From the NCBI GenBank assembly GCA_029007885.1, contig JAQXIR010000077.1:25693-89692 (forward strand): 64,000 nucleotides of DNA. The letters run 5' to 3'. Of this stretch, positions 1-8,361 are shown piece after piece. The DNA is from Lachnospiraceae bacterium. GTDB taxonomy: Bacteria > Bacillota > Clostridia > Lachnospirales > Lachnospiraceae. Position 1 is the stretch's first letter, and the number at the start of each line of letters is the position of its first letter. The notes below the pieces were generated by a model, which worked only from the letters and a program-made list of their open reading frames with translations, did not search any database and was not told the DNA's origin. Both the position numbers and the translations under genes were made by a program.

Positions 1-266
1 ACCGCCTTTTTGCCTTCATATCTGTTCATCTCGTTTTCACACAGGATAATAAGCTCTCCTGCTTCTTTTGTGCCTGCAAGTTCTTCATAAAAACATTCCG
101 ATACAAGTGTCGCTTCAATTCTTTGTGTTTGGGCAAACTCCCGTATTTTCCCCGGTGAGGAAAAATGACGGACATCAAACGGGAATTTCTCTTTCATATT
201 CAGATAATTAACAAGTTTTGCCGCATATGGTTCTTCTGCATCGCAGACCGCCATAATATGATTCAT
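1..266 (-). CDS. 5' part of an uncharacterised CDS that runs off the window edge (N-terminus MNHIMAVCDAEEPYAAKLVNYL...)
   Basis: The minus-strand frame is open from the ATG at 266-264 to position 1. There is an ATGA start/stop overlap with the upstream peptidase ORF and a GGAGGAG about 7 nt upstream. A receiver-like N-domain of a Tad/CpaE-type pilus ATPase is only a guess from context. Confidence 0.5.
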   Translation of the reverse strand, partial: MNHIMAVCDAEEPYAAKLVNYLNMKEKFPFDVRHFSSPGKIREFAQTQRIEATLVSECFYEELAGTKEAGELIILCENEMNRYEGKKA

Positions 267-754
267 AAACATACTCCTCCTATTTTTAAAATAGCGCCGA
301 TACATACACCTGCAAAAATCGGAAGTGCAAGATGGATTTTTTTTCCGATTAGGAACGATTTTTGCATGAGCATTTTCATAACAGCTAAAATCGCTGCTGC
401 AAGAAAGGCAAAGAAGATATTGATAATTAATGGATAAAAGGAGAAATAAATTCCCATCATGGAAAATAGTTTGACATCACCGGCTCCTAAAACACCGAGA
501 GAAAAAAAGGGATAGAAAAAAAGAAAGGGAATCAGAACACACGGAATCTTTCCGATAAGAATTTGAAGCAGTCTTAACACCGATTCCGTCAGTGATTTCT
601 CCTGTCCCCCAAAAATAATTTCTTGAAAGACCAGCCATAAAATCCCAATAAGAAATCCTGTAAGAATCAAAGTATTTGGTATTTTCCCGTAGCGATAATC
701 GGTATATACCGCAATCAACAGTAAAATAAATAGACAGACGATAATTAAAATCAC
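263..754 (-). CDS. A24-family prepilin (type IV / Flp) peptidase
   Basis: Polytopic membrane protein with both aspartate motifs of the family: YTDYRYGKIPN near the N-terminus and GAGDVKLFSMMG. The start codon is ambiguous (see findings). Confidence 0.8.
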   Translation of the reverse strand: MILIIVCLFILLLIAVYTDYRYGKIPNTLILTGFLIGILWLVFQEIIFGGQEKSLTESVLRLLQILIGKIPCVLIPFLFFYPFFSLGVLGAGDVKLFSMMGIYFSFYPLIINIFFAFLAAAILAVMKMLMQKSFLIGKKIHLALPIFAGVCIGAILKIGGVCL

Positions 755-926
755 CTCCTCATTTGTACGATACCTATGAAATTATGTCTCTGGAATAATC
801 AGACCGAGCGGTCTTAAGAAGTTTGATAAATGTATCATGTTGTAAACGATTTGATGTTGCAAGTATATCGCAGATTTTTTGATTTGTCGATAGGCTTTTT
901 GAAAAAATATCATCTTTGGTACATTT

Positions 927-1199
927 TCACAATAAAGTATAGACTTGAATACCATAAAGTAGAATAACCCCGGGAAAACCAAGGGTTGCGCTTGTCAAAA
1001 CCGTATACGGATTAATCCCCACAAGACAGGAAAGATTCTGCCAGAGTAATGCCTGATTTACAAGATAAATTGTAATGGTGCCAAGGATTCCCCGTAAAAC
1101 AAAATTGATAATAAATTCCGACTTTCTCCGTATTGCAACAACAAGCAGCAGCACTGCGCAAATAATGACCGCTATGATGGCAGTTCCTTCTTTTTCCAT
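927..1199 (-). CDS. bofA: BofA-family pro-sigmaK processing inhibitor
   Basis: About 90 aa from the internal ATG (MEKEGTAIIAV...) preceded by GGAG. Two TM helices. The C-terminal GINPYTVLTSATLGFPGVILLYGIQ resembles B. subtilis BofA (VPINLVTTAISGILGIPG...), recalled from memory. Confidence 0.75.
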   Translation of the reverse strand: MEKEGTAIIAVIICAVLLLVVAIRRKSEFIINFVLRGILGTITIYLVNQALLWQNLSCLVGINPYTVLTSATLGFPGVILLYGIQVYTLL

Positions 1200-1351
1200 A
1201 AAAACTCCATTAAGGAATGTCTCATTTTTATATATGATTTTACGATTTATTTTATTCACGGTTGATTTCACATTTTATGTATATTTTTTCCACTGATGAC
1301 TATACTTAGTAAAAATAGATGTGCTAAACATGCTTTTGAATGGAGAAGACT

Positions 1352-1645
1352 ATGAAATTTCATTTTAGAGAACATAAAAATCCACAATTTGAAGAAGGTC
1401 CTAAAACACTGCGGGAACATGTGCTTGAGGACCTTGAAAAAACAAAATATGAATTAGATACTGCATACCGTGGCTTTGACTATGTTACAGACCCGGATTT
1501 GATTGACTGCTATATCTATGATATCAATGCTATTTTAAAGCGCTATAAATATCTGTTGGAACAAATGGAAGCATTATCTGCTGTACCTATGCCGGAATAC
1601 CCCGTATCAGACACGGAAACCGCGGTTACTGCTTTCATCGGCTAA
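1352..1645 (+). CDS. yaaL: YaaL/DUF2508-family small protein
   Basis: Pattern DPDLIDCYIYDINAILKRYKYLL is typical of DUF2508. The gene neighbours bofA, as in Bacillus. The ATG at 1352 has GGAG 6 nt upstream; the ORF-track start at 1340 has no RBS. Confidence 0.7.
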   Translation: MKFHFREHKNPQFEEGPKTLREHVLEDLEKTKYELDTAYRGFDYVTDPDLIDCYIYDINAILKRYKYLLEQMEALSAVPMPEYPVSDTETAVTAFIG

Positions 1646-2083
1646 GTTTTCGTTAATCGTATTTTTTCCGTAAGTTAACCCTGCTATAACTGTCTGGGTA
1701 TTTCCCATAACCGGACCACTTGTATCCTGTGGCGCAATTTGCCGGTAAGCATCACGTAAAGTAGTCAGATTATGAATCACCGGTATTAACGAATCCGGTT
1801 TCTTTTCCGTAAGAGCCTCCCGCAAGGATTTACGCATGGATAAATAAATGGCGTGTAATTCTTTTGCGGGAGCATATGCAAAGTGAAGATTCCGTATCAT
1901 TTCCGCAATACAATTCCCCGCATGGATGATTTCTCTTTCAAATCCTGCAGAATCTTCTGCCTCATAAGCCTTCGTTGCATCATTCAGATAAGTAATCGTA
2001 ATATCATATAGAATAATGATTAACTGTGTCGAATTTGCCTGTGTGATACGTCTTGTAAATTCCTGTTTCTGCTCTGTTGTCAT
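1607..2083 (-). CDS. fliS: flagellar export chaperone FliS
   Basis: 158 aa, lying 15 nt downstream of flagellin. FliS-like helices (QLIIILYDITITYLNDA..., HAGNCIAEMIRNL). Confidence 0.8.
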   Translation of the reverse strand: MTTEQKQEFTRRITQANSTQLIIILYDITITYLNDATKAYEAEDSAGFEREIIHAGNCIAEMIRNLHFAYAPAKELHAIYLSMRKSLREALTEKKPDSLIPVIHNLTTLRDAYRQIAPQDTSGPVMGNTQTVIAGLTYGKNTINENLADESSNRGFRV

Positions 2084-2098
2084 ATCTACCTCTTTACC

Positions 2099-3232
2099 TT
2101 ACTGCAGAAGCTGCAACATCTGGGACGGTCTTTCATTTGCCTGTGCAAGCATAGATGTTGCTGCCTGAGATACTACTTGCAGATTTGTATATTCTGTCAT
2201 TTCTGTTGCCATATCGGTATCCATGATTCTCGAATAAGCTGCTGTCATATTTTCTTCGGAAGTCAACAGGTTTGTCTGTGTGTGTTCCAGACGGTTCTGA
2301 TATGCACCCAGACGGCTTCTGACATCAGATATAAATTTGATTCCTTTATCAATCAGATCGATTGCTGTTTCCGCATTTTCTTTCGTCAACAAATCAAGAT
2401 CTTCAATTCCGATATTCAACAAAGAAATCTCCGGAATTCTTAAGTCAATGGTTTGTCCCTCATTGGCACCAATCTGCAATGTCATGGCTCCGATTCCGGT
2501 TAAATCAAGGTCCATGTTAACCATGGTTGTCAGACCTGCCTTAATATTTGCATCCCATCCATCTTTCGTGCCAAGTCGGATTTCCAATTCATCATCACCT
2601 GTTAATATCAGCTGTTTTCCGTCTCCGGTTACCGAAAGTTCAACCAATTGCCCTTCTGAGTTAACAAGATTTGCTTTGGATGCACTCGTCAACCCTCCTT
2701 CTGCATCGTAAACCGGCATAATTGCCAGTGAATATTTTCCGTTAGGAACACTATCCGAATAATAATTCACTTTGACATTATTATCACTTGTATATCCTTT
2801 TAAATCAAAGGAGCCATCGAACAAATGCTGTCCGTTAAATTCAGTTGTCTGCCCGATTCTGGCGATTTCTTCCTTTAATTGGTCAATTTCTTTATTCAGA
2901 ATCGTTCTGTCATTATCAGAAACTGTTCCTGTAGCGGACTTAATTGCCAGTTCATTCATTCTTTGCAGCATATCATGAACTTCAGCAAGTGCTCCGTCTG
3001 CAATTTCCACAACGGAAATTCCGTCTTCCGCATCCTGTTTTGCTACTCCGAGTCCTTTAATCTGCGCGTTCATTCGTCTGGCAATGGCAAGTCCGGACGG
3101 ATTATCCTTCGCATGATTGATTTTAAATCCGGAAGAAAGTCTTTCAAGTGCTGTTGATAACTTATTGTCATTCTGTTTTAAAGAATTGTTTGCAATCATT
3201 GCGGAAACATTATAATTAATTTTCAAACTCAT
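2099..3232 (-). CDS. fliC: flagellin
   Basis: Conserved flagellin N-terminus (INYNVSAMIANNSLKQN...LERLSSGFKINHAKDNPSGLAIARRM) and C-terminus (RLGAYQNRLEHT...TEYTNLQVVSQAATSMLAQANE). Confidence 0.97.
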   Translation of the reverse strand: MSLKINYNVSAMIANNSLKQNDNKLSTALERLSSGFKINHAKDNPSGLAIARRMNAQIKGLGVAKQDAEDGISVVEIADGALAEVHDMLQRMNELAIKSATGTVSDNDRTILNKEIDQLKEEIARIGQTTEFNGQHLFDGSFDLKGYTSDNNVKVNYYSDSVPNGKYSLAIMPVYDAEGGLTSASKANLVNSEGQLVELSVTGDGKQLILTGDDELEIRLGTKDGWDANIKAGLTTMVNMDLDLTGIGAMTLQIGANEGQTIDLRIPEISLLNIGIEDLDLLTKENAETAIDLIDKGIKFISDVRSRLGAYQNRLEHTQTNLLTSEENMTAAYSRIMDTDMATEMTEYTNLQVVSQAATSMLAQANERPSQMLQLLQ

Positions 3233-3244
3233 ACCTTTTCTCCT

Positions 3245-6200
3245 TTATTTAAAAACCTTCTGTATTCCGGATAAGAATACTTTTGCTGTCTGATATAGTT
3301 CTTTTGTTGCTGTCTGCTCATTATGATTATCGGCTGATTGTTCCGAAAATGTTATAAGGTCAATGGAATTACCGACAGCATAATGAATATCGGTAACTTC
3401 TTTTCCGGATGCTTCCATCGCTCCTTTAAACAGTTTTCCTGCCTCTCTTAACAATGCTTCTCCGGTTTCTTTTTCCGCAACCAAAAATGCTTCTATCTGA
3501 TTGTCCCTTACATAAAACTTTGCACCCGTTTTGCCGGATAATTCAGTTTCAAAAGCAGCACTGACGCATCCTTTTTCTTCACTGTTATGAACAATCGTCA
3601 GATTGATTGAAGTCAGCGTACCGTTTAACACAACAGGAAGTTCATAGTTTTCATTGTTTGACAGTGCTCCTGCCAGGGAAAGCTGTTTATGGCAAAGTGA
3701 CAGAGTTTTGATATCAATTGTTGTATCCACCACGGTATCTGCAGCTTCCTTAAGAATATCCGCAGCGTTTGCAAGAAAAGTATCATATGCCTGTTTGGCT
3801 TCTTCCTTTCCTGTAAAGTGCTCCACGGCATCAAAAACTGCTTTTTCAAAAGCATTCTCTTCATCTGTTTTCTCTGCATAAGATTTCAATTGTCTGAAGA
3901 GATCTCCTTTTTCCTGCATCAGCCTTTCTGCTGCCAGTACATTATTTGCACTGCAGGGAATCTGATAATCTTTCATCATTTGCAGAAGATGAGCTTCTGC
4001 CTGTGATGCTCTCAGAATATCCCCCATCTTATCATTTACATATGCGTTTTCGTTATAATCCGGATTCCGGTTTTCTGCCTGATTCTGATTGCGAATAGCA
4101 TCATCCAGTTCTTCTAAGGTTGATTCTTCCGTGATTCCTGCCTGTTTTAGAAGTTCCGGTGTCATATCACGATAAATGCTGCGTGTCATCCTGCTTTTGA
4201 GGATTCCATTTTCAATCTGGGCAGAAATCGAAGTACCCTTTTCAATTTTTTCCTGCAGCATACCGAATGAATCATCGATATTGACATCCATATTTTGGGC
4301 TTTTCTGCTACGGACAGCAGAAAGAAGGTTACCCAGTGTCAAATCAGCGCCTTGTGAAATCAGACTGCCGACTGCTACACCGTCGGATTTTTCAATTTGA
4401 TGGAACAGGCGGTAAATGCCGATATAGGCATCACGCTCCGGCTGTGTAATTTCTTTGTTACGCTCCAGCCGATAAAGGAATTTTGCATATTTTTCCGTCT
4501 CTTCTTCCGGTTTCTGCGCAATGTTTTTTAATTCCGTTTCCAGATTTTCCAAACTCATTGTAAGCGGATTAACACCTTCCCGAATCAGGGAAAGCGTTTT
4601 TGCTGGAGTCATTTCTTTTAAAATGTCTTCTACCTGTCTCTGGGCACTTTTTACGGTTTCCAGTGATTCTTGTGAAATTTCCATATTGTTGTATCCAAGA
4701 ATGCGAACCGCTTTTCTGTTTTCTTCCGTAATTTCTTTTCCAAGGTCAGTTAAGATATCGTCCACATTGCGGAAAGCCTTTTTGATGGAATCACCTAAAT
4801 CACTGCGTGGTGTCGTCATCAATGTTTCGTATGCCGTTCCTGCCGCTTCATATTGTGTCCTTAATGCCGTTCCCGTTGTATGAAGATAGGAAAGACTGAC
4901 GGTTCCCTCTTCCACACTCATTCTTCCGATAACGGCTGCCGGCATATACGGAAGTTCCCTTAAAACATTTGTAGTATTCCGATAAAGGGTACTTTTTTGT
5001 GTAAGTCCCAGTGCTTCTTCTTCTCCGAAAAAGCGTGATTTCAAAATGTTTTCCTGATTTTCAAGTGCCTCCACTAATCTGCTTAAGGGTGCTGTATCGA
5101 TGGAAAAATCAGATTTCAGCAGGCGTATATTGGCAGTTATCGTCATTTTCAGCTGTATCTGCACAAGTTGTCTTGTCGCAGAAATATATTTTTCCGATTC
5201 TGCAATCCTGTCATTATGAGCAACAGGTGTTATATCTTGCAATTCTTCCTGTGCCCGGATCAGATTTTTCAGATTAACTGCTTTTTCTTCGCCGATAACC
5301 TGATAAACCGCATCTTCCGTAATATTTTGGGTATTTTCCCGGTACCATACTGCCTGTTCATAAATATTGGAAGCGTTGCCGGATAAAAGTGCGTTTTCTG
5401 CCTGTTTTCCTTCGCCGATTGCCATTGCTGCTGCCCGGATGATGTCATCAGGATTTAATGGAAACTGTATCTGTCTGATATCATGCAGTCTTTCTACGGC
5501 TTCCTGTGTGACCGGAATACCCTTTTCCACCAGCCACCTTGCATCTTCTTTAGCGGTAGTAAATTCTTCGGAAAGTTCCATTTCACTTACTACTTTTTCA
5601 ATTTGAGCCGCAAGTTCTTCCTGATTAACGGTATCTGCTTTTTTGGCATAGTATCCCGGAAGTTCCTGTGCATAATATCCTCTTCCCTGTCTGTTTCCGT
5701 CACCGCCCGCACTGTAACTGGCACGATAAATATTTTCAATGGTCGGATCAAGTCCGTTTTCTACCATAAATTTTACTGAGCCGTCGGAAAGTTTTGTAAA
5801 ATCTTTGACTTTATCAACTGCTTCTTTGACTTTTCCGACATTTTCTTCGCTAGCCGGAGCATCCGCATTTTTTAAAGCATCCTGAATTTTTGCGGCATAT
5901 CCTGCATTTCCGGTAATTTCAGTCAGTTTTTCAGCACTGATATCATCATTATAACCGGCAATGATTTCTCCCGATTCTGCCATGACAGCTTTTATATGGT
6001 CGACAATCGTAACAACCTGTTCCACATCCATCTGCGCCGGATCAAAACCATCTTCCATCATTTTGTTAAAATCCTTTGCAGACATAGAATTAGACATTAC
6101 TGTCATATAGTCGCGCTGCACTCCGATATCCAGTGCCGCTGCATCCTGCATAACGTCTTCTGTGGTCCTTCCGTGGACCCCATAAGCAGTGTTATCCATA

Positions 6201-6328
6201 ACCGTGCCAGAAATGTCTAATGCATAGGCCCCCATTTTCTGTGTTTTGCAATATGAGGGAGTTTCCTGTGAAGTTGTTGCTTTGTCTACATTTTGATTTT
6301 GGTTGTGGGGTTCAAAATAAATTCTCAT
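3245..6328 (-). CDS. large (about 1027 aa) uncharacterised protein heading the flagellin-fliS cluster
   Basis: Long uninterrupted ORF. The preferred start is the ATG at 6328 (MRIYFEP...), with GGAG 6 nt upstream. No TM segment or signal peptide is visible. Contains internal repeats and a possible FliK-like C-terminal region (see findings). Confidence 0.85.
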   Translation of the reverse strand: MRIYFEPHNQNQNVDKATTSQETPSYCKTQKMGAYALDISGTVMDNTAYGVHGRTTEDVMQDAAALDIGVQRDYMTVMSNSMSAKDFNKMMEDGFDPAQMDVEQVVTIVDHIKAVMAESGEIIAGYNDDISAEKLTEITGNAGYAAKIQDALKNADAPASEENVGKVKEAVDKVKDFTKLSDGSVKFMVENGLDPTIENIYRASYSAGGDGNRQGRGYYAQELPGYYAKKADTVNQEELAAQIEKVVSEMELSEEFTTAKEDARWLVEKGIPVTQEAVERLHDIRQIQFPLNPDDIIRAAAMAIGEGKQAENALLSGNASNIYEQAVWYRENTQNITEDAVYQVIGEEKAVNLKNLIRAQEELQDITPVAHNDRIAESEKYISATRQLVQIQLKMTITANIRLLKSDFSIDTAPLSRLVEALENQENILKSRFFGEEEALGLTQKSTLYRNTTNVLRELPYMPAAVIGRMSVEEGTVSLSYLHTTGTALRTQYEAAGTAYETLMTTPRSDLGDSIKKAFRNVDDILTDLGKEITEENRKAVRILGYNNMEISQESLETVKSAQRQVEDILKEMTPAKTLSLIREGVNPLTMSLENLETELKNIAQKPEEETEKYAKFLYRLERNKEITQPERDAYIGIYRLFHQIEKSDGVAVGSLISQGADLTLGNLLSAVRSRKAQNMDVNIDDSFGMLQEKIEKGTSISAQIENGILKSRMTRSIYRDMTPELLKQAGITEESTLEELDDAIRNQNQAENRNPDYNENAYVNDKMGDILRASQAEAHLLQMMKDYQIPCSANNVLAAERLMQEKGDLFRQLKSYAEKTDEENAFEKAVFDAVEHFTGKEEAKQAYDTFLANAADILKEAADTVVDTTIDIKTLSLCHKQLSLAGALSNNENYELPVVLNGTLTSINLTIVHNSEEKGCVSAAFETELSGKTGAKFYVRDNQIEAFLVAEKETGEALLREAGKLFKGAMEASGKEVTDIHYAVGNSIDLITFSEQSADNHNEQTATKELYQTAKVFLSGIQKVFK
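3327..3354 (-). promoter_or_regulatory. SigD/FliA-type promoter for flagellin, inside the 3' end of the upstream ORF
   Basis: On the minus strand: TAAC-N16-GCCGATAA, against the B. subtilis SigD consensus TAAA-N15-GCCGATAT. It lies about 95 nt upstream of the flagellin ATG. Confidence 0.6.
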
Positions 6329-6343
6329 ACCATTCTCCATGTA

Positions 6344-6377
6344 GAAAAAAGAGTGAATGATTTCTCATTCACTCTTT
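6344..6377 (-). terminator. rho-independent terminator downstream of glgB
   Basis: 13-bp perfect stem (aaagagtgaatga / tcattcactcttt) with a 4-nt loop, followed by a T-run on the minus strand. Confidence 0.8.
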
Positions 6378-6404
6378 ATTTCGGCTTTCTTTTCCGGTTT
6401 CTTA
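6378..6404 (-). promoter_or_regulatory. SigD/FliA-type promoter for the 1027-aa ORF
   Basis: On the minus strand: TAAG-N15-GCCGAAAT. The -10 element abuts the 5' arm of the glgB terminator stem. Confidence 0.55.
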
Positions 6405-6425
6405 ACCGGATTTCAAAAATGTATG

Positions 6426-8342
6426 TTATCTTTCAAATACGGCTGCTGAAAATGGCGGCAGATCAAATGTAATCTGATACGGACGATAATCACACGTTTC
6501 CTTCTTTGGTACCAGTTCTTCCGGAATCACATTACCGTTTCCACCGAATCTGGTGTCATCGCTGTTTAATAACAATTTACACTTTTGGGATGTCGGTACT
6601 CCTACCGTAAATCCTTCGCGTTTGATTGGTGTCATATTCAGTACAAATAACAGAGTCTTTTTAGATTTTGGCCCCTTCCGCATAAAACTGTAAGTGCTTC
6701 TGTCACAGTCATCACAACTAATCCATTCAAAACCGTCCCAGTTGTTATCATTTTCGTACATGATAGGGTATTTCCTGTAAATATTGAGAAGTTCTTTTAC
6801 ATATTCCATCATTCCTTTGTTCAGTGGCTCCTGTAAAAGATACCAATCAAGTTCTCTTGCTTCACTCCATTCCCGTTCCTGTCCGAATTCCTGACCCATA
6901 AAGAGGAGTTTCTTTCCCGCATGTCCGAACATATATGTATAAGCAACACGTAAGTTGGCATATTTGTCAACATGGTAGCCAGGCATTTTATTTAACATAG
7001 AACATTTCAAATGTACAACTTCATCATGCGAAATCGGAAGGATATAATTTTCGGATGTATTATAACTCATTGCAAACGTAAGTGCATAATGGTTATTCTT
7101 GCGGAACAGCGGATCAAGCTTCATATATTCACAGAAATCATGCATCCAGCCCATATTCCATTTGAAAGAAAATCCGAGTCCGTCATCTTCCACATCTCCG
7201 GTTACCTTCGGCCATGCTGTAGATTCCTCTGCAATTGTCATAACTCCCGGATAACTTCCATGGATAACGGAATTAAAATGTTTAAAGAATTCAATCGCAT
7301 CCAGATTCTTATTACCGCCATAAATATTGGGCAGCCATTCACCGTCCCGTTTTCCGTAATCCAAATATAACATCGATGCAACCGCATCAACTCTGAGTCC
7401 GTCAATGTGGTATTCTCTAATCCAGAACAGAGCATTTGCAAGCAGGAAATTCTTGACTTCTGTTTTTCCGTAATTGAAAATCTTTGTTCCCCATTCCGGA
7501 TGCTCTCCTCGTCTTCTGTCCGGATGTTCATATAAACAAGTTCCGTCAAATTCTGCAAGTCCGTGTGCATCTCTTGGGAAATGTGCGGGAACCCAGTCAA
7601 GAATAACGCCGATTCCGTTTTCATGAAGGGTATTTACCAAATAAGCAAAATCTTCCGGAGAACCGTAGCGGGATGTCGGTGCATAATATCCTGTTACCTG
7701 GTAGCCCCAGGAACCATCAAACGGATGCTCTGCTATTCCCATCAGTTCTACATGTGTATATTTTAATTCTTTCAGGTATTCTACGATTCTATCGGTAAAC
7801 TCACGATAATTATAGAATCCATTTTCTCCGTACGGATGTTTCATCCAGGAACCGATATGGCATTCATAAATCGCAATCGGTTCTTTATTCATATCCTTTT
7901 TATCTCTTTCTTTCATCCATTTTTCATCTGTCCATGTAAAGTGAGAGATATCGGTTGTGACGGATGCCGTACCGGGACGCAGTTCTGCTGCGTTTGCAAA
8001 AGGATCTGCTTTATACAGTCTTCTTCCGTCTGGGGTAACAATCAGAAATTTATATAATTCCTCTGTATGGATACCCGGATAAAATTTACCGTAAATACCT
8101 CCGGGGCCAAGTCTGTCAAGTGGATGTGACCATTCGTTCCACTCATTAAACGATCCGATGACATAAACGTTTGCCGCATTCGGTGCCCACACCGCAAAAT
8201 ACATTCCCTCCTGACCGTCCTGAACAGAAGGGTGGGCACCCAGTTTTTTATAAATATCATAATGTGTACCCTGTGCAAACAGATACTGATCTGCTTCGGA
8301 AATAAATACCTGCTGTAATTGATTGTTTGTAGTATTTGCCAT
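6426..8342 (-). CDS. glgB: 1,4-alpha-glucan branching enzyme
   Basis: 638 aa with GH13 motifs: DWVPAHF, GLRVDAVASMLY, and a FMGQEFGQ region. Confidence 0.96.
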   Translation of the reverse strand: MANTTNNQLQQVFISEADQYLFAQGTHYDIYKKLGAHPSVQDGQEGMYFAVWAPNAANVYVIGSFNEWNEWSHPLDRLGPGGIYGKFYPGIHTEELYKFLIVTPDGRRLYKADPFANAAELRPGTASVTTDISHFTWTDEKWMKERDKKDMNKEPIAIYECHIGSWMKHPYGENGFYNYREFTDRIVEYLKELKYTHVELMGIAEHPFDGSWGYQVTGYYAPTSRYGSPEDFAYLVNTLHENGIGVILDWVPAHFPRDAHGLAEFDGTCLYEHPDRRRGEHPEWGTKIFNYGKTEVKNFLLANALFWIREYHIDGLRVDAVASMLYLDYGKRDGEWLPNIYGGNKNLDAIEFFKHFNSVIHGSYPGVMTIAEESTAWPKVTGDVEDDGLGFSFKWNMGWMHDFCEYMKLDPLFRKNNHYALTFAMSYNTSENYILPISHDEVVHLKCSMLNKMPGYHVDKYANLRVAYTYMFGHAGKKLLFMGQEFGQEREWSEARELDWYLLQEPLNKGMMEYVKELLNIYRKYPIMYENDNNWDGFEWISCDDCDRSTYSFMRKGPKSKKTLLFVLNMTPIKREGFTVGVPTSQKCKLLLNSDDTRFGGNGNVIPEELVPKKETCDYRPYQITFDLPPFSAAVFER

Positions 8343-8361
8343 AACCCTTTCCCCCGTTCAT

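Noticed and set aside
782-982. 66-aa minus-strand ORF between bofA and the prepilin peptidase, considered as a possible Flp pilin gene
   Set aside because: It has no RBS, no Flp-type G/XXXXEY motif and no hydrophobic pilin core. It overlaps the bofA 3' end in another frame. It is probably spurious.
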